NCBI GenBank assembly: GCA_963575745.1
Contig: CAUYUJ010000331.1
Span: 62,001 to 115,272, forward strand
Reading direction: 5' to 3'
Source of the DNA: Prorocentrum cordatum
Taxonomy: Eukaryota
Length of the DNA stretch: 53,272 bases
Positions 1 to 9,649 of this stretch are shown here, in pieces. The position numbers and the translations under genes were made by a program. Each line of letters begins with the position of its first letter. The first letter of the stretch is position 1. A model generated the notes under the pieces. It saw only the letters and a list, made by a program, of their open reading frames with translations, searched no databases and was not told where the DNA came from.

Positions 1-2055
1 TCGCGCTCTTGATATACCAGCCGATATCATTGTGCCGATGATTGAACCCATGATTGATAATCAGTGTGTGGCCAGCTTCGAGGGCATCGAGGCATCTTCA
101 GCTGTCTATTGGGACAAATCTATTCGAACGGGAGGAGTGGAGGGGCCGATGATTTTTCTAGCAGTATCTATTGTACTCTGGAGAGATGTGATTGGCAGGC
201 GGAGGCAGGATACGCAGTACGGTATCAAGTTGGAAAATGATGAGCGCATGTTCAACGGTGAGCGTATGACCCACAGTTTCTGGGCAGATAATCTCTTATT
301 GTATGCGACGACTCGCTCTGACCTCGAGCTGATGGTGCGTGACATGAGTATCCCGCTGATGAATGCAGGAATGACCTGCCGTCTTGTGATCCTCTCTCGG
401 GGCCCGAGAGGTGGTCCTGCCGCGTGTTCAGTCGTTTGAGATCCTGGGAGCCACTCTGGAGGAAACCTGGAAGGACCACTCGGATTCAGAGGCCATGCTC
501 CAGAAAGCCCAGAAGGTATTCTTTTGGGAAATCGCCTATTATCGCTGTTCTGGCATTGATTTGGCTGAGGGATTTCCTCGCTATCAAGCTAAAGTGATTG
601 CTGCATTATTATTCAACTGCGAGGGCCGAACGCCCGACTATTCCACCATTGCTGCTGTTCACCCCTTTGAGGGGAGACGCCTGGCGTTGATGTCAGGTCT
701 ACGCAAGCGGAGAACTGAAGGATGGTCTGAGTTTCAACGTAGGCGATACAAAGTTGGACGGCAGAGGTTTGTTGAGCTTGGATTTCGAAGTGCGGTGCAG
801 ATATGGATATTTCGTTGTTGGGATTGGGCCAAGGATGTCTCAGTTGCTGCAAGCATTCGTATGGGGAGGTACACAACACACACAGTGGAGGAGGAGGTGG
901 AGACGGTACCAAATCGGCGTCAGAGAAAAACTCGGGCGATGGCGGCGGCGGCGGCTTCTCAAGTATCCCAGATCTCCCAGATGTCGAGTGGGGGTCGTCG
1001 GCGGACAACGGATGATCAGCCTGCCATACCTGAGGAGTCGAACATCTCACGTGAATGGATGATATCTAGGCTGGCCATGCTACATGGAAGGGGGAGGTGG
1101 ACGGAACATCGGGACACATGTATTCTGGCGTTGCCTGCAAAAGATAGGAAGCATCTCACACGCATGAGCATGGGTGCACCCGCCCGTGGACATACTGTAT
1201 GGGATTGGTGTTTGTGCGATCTCTTTGGTTGTGAGTGGTACCTCTCGTTCGACAGCTCCGCTGGGCCCCGCGAGAAATATTGCAAACATCTGCTGACTGT
1301 GATTGGCATGCAACACTTGTTCGAGTTATTTGTTTTACCCAGGCCACCTGGTGTGAGGCACGCGAAGGCGGAGGAGAAGGTGGAGAGAGAGATGAATGAG
1401 AGGATTCGCAAACGTATTGCCGCTAATTTTGAGAATGAAACGGAGTGGAGGTGTGAAAGTATTGAACGTCTTGGGATGGAAATCTTGGGAGATAGTAAGA
1501 CGGTCGTTAACTGGATGTGTGGTGAGTGGCAGATACGTAACAAGCAGTATGTACGACTGGTGGGAACACTACAAAATACTCTATCGATGCTGTATGGATG
1601 GGGGACTGACCTCACCTGCATCGGGACATAATCTGTATAAACATTTCTTTCGCGAGGGCAATGAACGCGCGGGTAGATTGTCGTGGGAGGCCAGAGGTGG
1701 CCAAACTATTACTCGCTGGTTTGCATATGATCAGTTCCTCAGTACTCGTAAGACTGCTCTCCGCGGTGCATTCGATGGGGGTGTCATTAATGAAGGATGT
1801 GGAGGCAAGTGGCGGCTTCAGATTGGCGTAGTAGGTAGGGGTTCCAGCGTGCAGGTTGATTTTCCCATCTCCTCCTCCTCCTCCTCCTCCTCTTCCTCCT
1901 GCATCAGCTCGCAGAGCTTCCATTGGCACGATGTGGCCGAGGAGGCGATGAGCTTGCCTCCAGGTAGCACGGCAACCTGCTGCGAACTAGCTGCCTGCGC
2001 TGCCCTGACGAGAGCTGCTGCTAAGGTGGCGTGCGCCCTGCTGCGACCTACCTGA
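1..2055 (+). pseudogene. Frameshifted LINE ORF2 (RT C-terminal half, thumb, permuted RNase H)
   Basis: ORFs 32-439, 411-1631 and 1396-2055 are consecutive pieces homologous to the intact ORF2 at 9650-13600: LGDSKTVVNWMCGEW vs QGDSLLVINWLCGKW; HFFREGNERAG vs HSFREWNQKAD; AFDGGV vs GFDGGV; TCCELAA vs TDTELSAA. A (TCC)n expansion lies at ~1869-1900. Confidence 0.88.
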
Positions 2056-2133
2056 GAAGGTGGGGGCTAAGTTTCACTGTTCCGCCGATTCGAATTCGGA
2101 TTCTAGTGGCGGACCGCAAACCGCAAAAAAAAA
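1..2133 (+). mobile_element. 3' part of a decayed non-LTR retrotransposon (LINE family A); runs off the left edge of the window
   Basis: RT motifs DKSIRTGGVEGPMIF and HSFWADNLLLY (281-292), an RTE-like thumb region and RNase H motifs. A short 3' UTR ends GGACCGCAAACCGC plus A9 (2125-2133) and abuts the hairpin target motif. Confidence 0.9.
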
Positions 2134-2164
2134 CCAAGGTTGACGGTTTACCGCCGGCTCCCAG
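2134..2164 (+). mobile_element. 3' half of the hairpin terminus of a Helitron2-like element (target of LINE family A)
   Basis: CCAAGGTTGACGGTTTACCGCCGGCTCCCAG followed by T. An uninterrupted version of the motif lies at ~4896-4953. Confidence 0.85.
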
Positions 2165-4953
2165 TTTTGAATTTTATTGGATTATTCTAAATGAATGTCC
2201 TAGAATTTGACAAGTCGTTAGAAAGCTCGCATTTTTCCCCCCGCATTCGATCTCATTCCCGCTCGCCATCTTAATCTCAGCTCGATCGGGTACATATAAC
2301 TATCAAAAAGCGCTCAGGCGGGATCAGCTGTCGAGAGTCGCTGTCTCTCATAAAAATCAAATGCAAATAATGATTTGCAGCTCTGGTAGCAGGCCGCTCG
2401 CGCGCCATAGAGCTCTGAACACGCAAAGCAGCGCTCGTATAACGACAAAAGAGTGTTCAGCTTGACAACTTCCATAAAGGAATTTGGGTGTTTTTATGCG
2501 GCGTGTTGCAGATGAGCTGTCTTTGGCACATGAATCGTAAGGGAGTCATCAGAAGCGCTAGTCTCAAGTATCTAGATGCCCGACCTGGGTCTGCTACCTG
2601 AGCTGGGTCAGAAAAATTATTTGTGTTCTGCAAGATTGTTCAGATGGTGATGGTTTTCTTGACTAAACTCGCTGCAGATAAGCCAGAGTTGTTTGTCACA
2701 GCGATCGAAAGGAAATATCATTCGAATCTCTAGTCGAATGTATCTAGGTGCCCGAACTCGGTCTGCTTCCAGAGTTGGACGCAAAAAACAATTCGTAATC
2801 TACTAATTATTCCAGAGATAACAATGCCTTTCTTGATCCTCCCCTCCTTCTCTTCCTGCTGCTCCTCCTCCTTAGTCCTCCTTCTCTTCCTCATTCTCCT
2901 CCAGTCCTCCTCCATGGGACCGCGCCCTCGCGCGCGCGGCATGCGAGATTGCCGCGCCCGCATTGTGCGAGGAAGCTCTACGAGTTCCCGGCGGTAACCT
3001 TGGTTCACCGCCGGCTCCCACTTTTGCATTTTTTTCTCGGCTTCACTTCGATATCTTGAAATGTCAACAATTCGTTAGAGCTTTAGTATTTCTTCTCCTC
3101 ATATTCGATATTATTCCCGCTCGCCATCTCAATCTCAGGTCGATCGGGTACCTATTACTGCGAAACAGCATCCAGGCGGGATCGGCTGTTTAGTGTCATA
3201 TTGGCAGGTGCTGTCGGTTTTATGTACTTAACTCCAGCTGTGGGAGAGCTACAGGGCTGGCAGGCACATCTAATCCATCTACAATCGTCAGGTGCGTAAG
3301 TCTCAAGTATCTAGATGTCTGAACTCGGTCTGCTACCAGAGCTGGGTCTGCGAACTATTCGTACTCTGCAGATGAGCTACATAGTTTGGCACAACAATCG
3401 CAAGATAATCATCGGGCGCGCTAGTCTAAAGTATCTAGACGCCCGAACTCGGTCTGCTACCAGAGCTCGGTCCGAAAAGATATTCGTACCCTGCTAAATT
3501 CTTAAGGATGATGGTAACCTTCTTGAGATAACTCGAGCTGCAGATGAGCTACAGAGCTGTTCGGCACAGCAATCGGAAGGAAATCATCAGACGCGCGAGT
3601 CTCAAGTATCTAGATGCCCGAACTCGTTGCGCTTCCAAAGTTGGAACCCGAAAAACTATTCGTAGTCTATTTGTTCAGAGATGACGATGCCTTTCTTTAT
3701 CCTTCGCCTCCTTCTCCTCCTCCTCCGTCCCCCCCATCCTTCCCTTCCTCACCTCCATCTCCTTCCTCCTCACTGCTTCTTCCCTTTCAGTCCTCCTCCA
3801 TGAAACCGCGCCGTCGCGCGCGCGGAATGCGAGATTGCCGCGCCCGCATTGCGCGAGGAAGCTCTTGATTTTCCGAAATTCATTCATTCGTTAGAGCTGC
3901 ATTTCTCCCCCCCATATCAGATCTCATTTCTGCTCCCCATGTCAATCTTAGCTCGATCGGGTACATATTACTGCCAAAAAACACTGAGGCGGGATCGGCC
4001 CTTCAGTGTTCTCTTGGCAGGTGCTGTTTCTGAACTTAACTCGAGCTGCAGATGAGCTACAGAGCTGGTAGGCACACCTAATCGATCTAGAGTCATCAGG
4101 CGCCATCGCTCCAAGTATCTAGATGCCCGTTTTGAGTCTGCTACCAGAGCTGGGCCCGGACAACTATTCGTACTCTGCTAAGTTTCTTGGAGATGATGAT
4201 GAGCTTCTTGATTCAAGTCGAGCACTAGAAGAGCTTCAGAGCTGTTCGGGACAGCAATCGAAAGGACATGAGCAAGCGCGCGAGTCTAAAGTATCTAGAC
4301 GACTGAACTCGGATTGCTCCCGGAGCTGGGTCCGACAAACTATTCCTGCGCTGCTACTGTTTGAGAGATGGTTATGTTTTTTTTATTGACCTCGAGCTAA
4401 ACATTAGAGACAGAGCTGTTTTCACAGCAATCGAACATACATCATTAGAAACGCTAGTCTAAAGTATCTAGATGACGCAATTTGGTCTGCTACTAGAACT
4501 GGGTCTGACAACTATTCGTACTCTGCTAATTTTGTGGGAAGGTCTTGGTAACTTTCTTCAGATAACTCGAGCTGCAGATTAGCTGCGTTCCTGTTTGGCA
4601 CAGCAATCGGAAGGAAATTATATGACGCGCTAGTCTCAAGTATCTAGGTGCCCGAACTCGGTCTGCTTCCAGAGTTGGAACCAAACAACTACTCGTATGC
4701 TGCTAAGTATTCCTGAGATGACGATGCCTTTCTTGATCCCCCCCCCCTTCTCCTCCTTCCGCTCCTCCTCCTCCTCCGCCTCTTCCTGCTCATCCTCGGC
4801 CTCCTTCATCTCCTTTCTCCTCACTTCTGCCTCGCCTCCAGGCCTCCCCCATGAGACCGCCCCCCCCCGAGATTACCGCGCCCGCATTGCACGAGGAAGC
4901 TCTACGAGTTCCCGGCGGTAACCAAGCTTGACGGTTTACCGCCGGCTCCCAGC
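2165..4953 (+). mobile_element. About three older, diverged copies of the long (L) non-autonomous element, with internal ~178-bp repeats and pyrimidine-rich tracts
   Basis: Reverse-complement homology to the L family at 30-53 kb (CCCGCTCGCCATCTTAATCTCAGCTCGATCGGGTAC; GAACTCGGTCTGCTACCAGAGCTGGGTC). 3' termini GGAAGCTCTACGAGTTCCCGGCGGTAA...ACCGCCGGCTCCCA at ~2971-3020 and ~4896-4952. Confidence 0.8.
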
Positions 4954-5465
4954 GCCTTTTTGCTATCCGGGTTTTAGACCACGCGTGTAAAACCCGAAGA
5001 ATAGATTTTGCAAGTTTTGAAGCTCACATTCGAGTACGTTTTCCCTTGTTTTCTGGGCACTGATTTGGTGTGTTGAGTGCTCTACCGGGGCCCCGGCGTT
5101 AACCTGGTTGACTCGTTACCGCCAGCTTCCAGTTGGCCCAGGGCGGACAATGTGATGACCTGGCGTCGGTTTTCCGAAGATTGAGAGAGTTCGCTTTGGG
5201 AACCAGTATTTGTCTCGCGTGAACCTGGTTGACGGTTCACTGCCGGTTTCCAGTACCTCGTAGAGCTCTGCGGCATCGATGAGCTAGAGGAATTCCGGCG
5301 CGGGGCGGAGCTAGTTGGCCCACCCGGCTCGGGCGAACAATGTGGGAAATGAGCAAGAGAAGTTCCGCGCGGGATGGAGCTAGTTGGCCCGCCCGGCCCG
5401 GGCGGGCAACGTGGCAACCTGGGGTCGTTTTTTGAAGATTGTGAGAGATTTGGCAATTCGTTTCG
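4954..5465 (+). mobile_element. Fragments of short (S-type) elements, plus orientation
   Basis: Degenerate hairpin ends at ~5085-5132 and ~5220-5253, then the 5' terminus TACCTCGTAGAGCTCTGCGGCATCGATGAGCTAGAGGAATTCCGGCGCGGGGCGGAGCTAGTTGG from 5254. Confidence 0.7.
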
Positions 5466-5619
5466 GAAATCCAGATTCTTATTCCCTCTAGTCGATCATG
5501 GCGCGCTTCACGGTGCAACTCTCAGGGCTGTAGCTGCAGCGCAGCTCTCGAAAATTAGGAGGGACCGTCGGCGATCGGGATGTGTTTTCCAGATAATGAA
5601 GCGTTCGTGGACTTAACTG

Positions 5620-6039
5620 AAGCAGGAAGCCAGCTACACAGCTGCAGTATTTCCTGCATCTGTCGCAGGTCAAGGCACGTCAGCCTGTCGAATGCTGAGG
5701 TCCCTAGCTGTTGTACTACTATCACAACACTTGGCGGAATCAACTTCGTATAAACACTGAGAAAATACATGTTTGCAGTTTGGAACTGAGTTTGTCGTGA
5801 GATTTCTCGTCGCATTCTGAGCAGTACTCCGCGCGTCAGGGTGTCGCTCGGACTTGTTGTCGCACACTGTGTATTCGGATGCCTTGGCCACCCTGGCTCG
5901 GCACGACTGGCATGGTTCTCTTTTTCGGCCTCGTTTGGAGTGTCTGACGTCACGTGCTCACGTGACGGGGTCCTTGTTAGTGGGACCGTGCAGGCGTGTG
6001 ACGGAGGATGGATGTGGGGCGGTCTTGCCGCTGCGATCC

Positions 6040-6083
<44 letters not shown>

Positions 6084-6243
6084 AGTGCTTTCTCTTGGTG
6101 ATGCCTGCCCCTGCGGGCTCGGCAGGGCCATGTTGCAGATGCCTCAGCCACCCTGGCTCGGCAGTGTTGCTGTTTTTCTTGGCTCGTTTGGAGCCCGCTC
6201 GCTGCCCCATTGGGGCCCGACCGCGAGACCGCAAACCGCAAAA
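5620..6243 (+). mobile_element. Unclassified retroposed segment (SINE-like or LINE 3' UTR) ending in the family A tail; 5' boundary approximate
   Basis: Ends GACCGCAAACCGCAAAA (~6227-6243), matching the family A tail at 2112-2128. No recognisable coding content. Contains (CT)n. Confidence 0.45.
6041..6081. repeat. (CT)n microsatellite
   Basis: About 20 perfect TC units. Confidence 0.97.
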
Positions 6244-8202
6244 CAAATGATCAAAGTTCCTTATCCACAGTCGTGGCGACAGATCCTCATCTCTTTTATG
6301 CCGAAGATTCCAAGGATTCTGAATCTAAAAGATGGTCGTTTGCTTTGTATGCAGAATAAGGCTTCCAGATGGTTCAGCTCCTGTACTGTTCTTCTGGCGG
6401 ATGACCATGTTGAGAGAAACGGTGTTTTTCGTCGTATTGGGTTGTATGGTTTCCAGGAGCATGGACGTACACATGATATAACAGCTAGCCTCAAACACAT
6501 AGGACAACATGCTGCTAACTGGGGGAAAGGGGGAACACCTGGCGAACGCAGACGTCCTTCATGCGTTCGACCACTGCACGGTGGCCAATGTCAGGCGTGG
6601 GTTGGATCATGCTGCTGTGCCTTTGTGTATGTACAGTATGCTCTACTTAATCCCCTGTGTGAGTGTGTCGGTATGTTTGTTCTGATGGAATTGAGGTGTT
6701 GGAGGTGGAGTGGGCAAGTGTATGCGGACGGGAGGGCCTGAGGGCCCCTTGGCTTTCAATCTTATCGTTGCCGCCATGTGGAGTTCTACGATTCGTGAAC
6801 GGGACGTGTTAGGATTAGGTTATCGTATTGAGATTGCTACTTGTTCGACTAATTGTGCTTCGATTATTAATCGTTTCCTTTGGGCAGATAGCTGTTACGT
6901 TCTGGCTCGGAGTCGGGGGGGAACTCACTCGCATGCTACACGGTCTAACTATACATCTACATAAATACGGTATGAGATGGAAGGAGTCCAGTATTCTATA
7001 CATGGTGTTCGGTGCTGTTCTCCCGCGTTACGCTGAAAGGGGAAATACCACAGTCAGCGGACCTTGTTCTCTCGCTGGGGACGGAACGTTCTGGAGTCTA
7101 TTGTTTCAGGAGGGTGACGGAGATGGAGGTACTTGGGGTTCACATAAGCTCATAACTACACGTGAACGAGCACCGAGAGTATCGATCAGGCTCGGAGGGC
7201 CTTCTGGGGACAGGCAGCCTTCTTTCGCTCCACGGCCATTCCGCTGAAGGATAAATACGAGAGATACGCGCAAAGAGTTCAGAGTATCTGGTAATTCGTC
7301 GCAGAAGGTTGTGCTGTATTCTTCTCCCTTGGGAGCTTTGCATATCTTTGAAAGTAAATGTTTGGCTGTCATGTGTCGTTGTGCACGGGGGGAGCAGGAC
7401 GCGTATCAGGAGTGGAATACGAAGAGGTATGAGACAGCAACACAGAAGTTTCATGATGCACAGTATGCGAGTATTGTACATAAGTTCCTCCATGTGCACT
7501 GGCTGTGGGCTATCGACGTTGCTAAATTTGCCCGCAATCTGCTGACGAGTCAGGAGGCGCTCGAGACAAATTCGACACGGGCGTGGAGAGATTCTCGTTT
7601 CTCATGCCTGGCGTTTCGCCGGTTGTGGGATAGAATGAGAACTGACTCAAGGGAGGTTCTCAGATGTTGGAGGAAATGGAAAGAGGCCAGCGCTTCAACT
7701 GGCGCCGGCGGTGAGCCGTCAACCTGGTCACCGCCGGGAACCTCGTGGAGCTACTCCCACGCGTTACGTGCTCAGAGTCGAAAGAGAGAGCTTCTCAAAG
7801 CAATTCTCGAAAAATTGACCATTATTTTTTTTCATGTCGACATGAAGTTGGTTCCCCCAAATGTTCTGATTGTAAATTTGCGCCTACAGAGCTCATATTG
7901 AGACGCAGAGGCCCTCATAGTCTTTTCCAAGTGCGAAAAAACTGCTTTCTCAAAAAAAAATGGCCAAATGTCTCTCACATCTAAGCAAAACCGACCAAAA
8001 GTTGTCACAGTGTCCCTTCTGCTCGGGTCGACCAACTAGCTCCACCCCGCGACGGAAGTCCTCTAGCTCATCGATGCCGAAAAGATCTACGAGGCACGAC
8101 ATCGTGGGGGCAGGAAAGGCTCGGGCTTCGATCTTGGTATCGCTCTTTGGAATCGTTGCACGGTCTATCCTGGTGCGAATCGTTCGTCGGGAGCTTTGAA
8201 CA
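6244..8202 (+). pseudogene. Decayed internal ORF2 fragment of LINE family B, interrupted at 7699-8096 and cut off at 8203 by S elements
   Basis: Translations match the intact ORF2 across several frameshifts: PYPQSWRQILISFMPK, GLYGFQEH, RTGGPEGPLAFNL, FLWADSCYVL, RAWRDSRFSCLAF. After 8096 it resumes with RHRG..QERLGLRSWYRSLES and GSFEH. Confidence 0.92.
7699..8096 (-). mobile_element. Complete 398-bp S1 non-autonomous element (Helitron2-like) inserted in LINE coding DNA without a TSD
   Basis: Starts on + as A|CTGGCGCCGGCGGTGAGCCGTCAACCTGGTCACCGCCGGGAACCTCGTGGAGCT and ends GATCTACGAGGCA. LINE homology is continuous across the two flanks. Confidence 0.85.
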
Positions 8203-9395
8203 CTGGCGCCGGCGGTGAACCTTCAACCTGTCACCCCCGGGAACCTCGTAGAGCTCCTTGTATCCGTAAGAAAGCTCAGGGTCAAAGCATAGAGCTCTGG
8301 GAGCTTTTCTAGAAAAATGTCAAATTGAGATTTTTCGGAGTCAACATCAAGTCGGTTCCGGGAAGTGAACTGGTACTAAAACTGGCTCCAGAGAGCTGAG
8401 CTGCTCAGGGAACAGAGTTTATATGCCAATGCTCGGCGTGAAAATCTGCTTTCTCAAAATCAATTGTCAAATATCCTTCAAATCATAGCAAAACCAACCC
8501 AAAGTTGTCACACTATCCTTTCTGGTCGGGTCGGCCAACTAGCTCCAGCCCGCGCCGGAATTCCTCCAGCTCATTGACTGGCGCCGGCGGTGAACCGTCA
8601 ACCCGGTCACCACCGAGAACCTCGCGGAGCTCCTCCCTCGCGTAAAGTGCTCAGAGTCGAAAGAGAGAGCTTCTCGAGGCATTTCTCGAAAAAATAAAAT
8701 TCATTTTTTTTATGTCGAGATGTAGTTGGTTCCGCCAAGTGTTATGATTGTAAATTCGCGCCTACAGAGCTCATATCAAGACGCAGAGGCCCTCATAGAC
8801 GCTTACAGGTGCGAAACATCTGGTTTCTCAACATGAATGGTCAAATGTCTTTCAAATCTTGGCAAAACCACCCAAAACTTGCCACATTGTCCTTTACTGT
8901 CCGGGTCGACCAACAAGCTCCACCCCGCGCAAAAATTCCTCTAGCTCATCGATGCCGAAGAGCTCTACGAGATACTAGCTCCACCCCGCGCCGGAACTGG
9001 GAGCCGGCGGTAAACCGTCAACCAGGTTACCGCCAGGACCGTCGTAGAGCTCTCCAACGTAATAGTGCTCAGACATCGATTATATAGCTTATGTGAAGAG
9101 TGACCTCAGAATAATTCAATTCAAAATAATATTCAGTGTAGTATGAAGATTTTCCATCAAGTTTTGTGTTTACATTGGAACTCGAGATCTAGACATTGAA
9201 TAGCGCGTCGTAACCTACTACATGTGCAGAGAAAAACTCGAATAATGTATTTTCCTTGAAGCTGTTCTCAAATGCATGAGACCATTATCATTTTTGCAAA
9301 TTAAATCCGACGGCGAACGGTTCCTCCACGTTTTTTCATAGCAATATACGGACTGAGGATTTAACTGGCGCCAGCGGTGAACCGTCAACCTGGTC
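8203..9395 (-). mobile_element. Nested S-type elements (hairpin ends at 8203, 8578, 8997, 9365)
   Basis: Repeated A|CTGG(G)CGCCGGCGGTRAACCGTCAACC...ACCGCC termini and a shared ~350-bp body. Confidence 0.82.
9385..9395. repeat. Left copy of the 11-bp target-site duplication TCAACCTGGTC
   Basis: Identical to 15276-15286. Removing the LINE and one copy restores the hairpin GCGGTGAACCGTCAACCTGGTCACCGCCGGG. Confidence 0.92.
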
Positions 9396-9649
9396 TTTTG
9401 CGTCTTTGCTGGGACCGTCTTGGCCACTGAGGCCAGGTCCAACAAAGTCTCAGGCAAAACAGAGCCTCTTATTCATCACGCAAGCAGTCAGCTCTTATAC
9501 CACACAGCGAAGCTGAAGGAATAAAGAGAATCACATGCCGCAATGACACAATCAAACGCAAAGAACACACAGATAATCGAGGAAGTCAGTGAGCAGCGAA
9601 GCTGCAGGAATATACAAGACACAGAAAAGAAGAAACAATGTGTGTCAAA

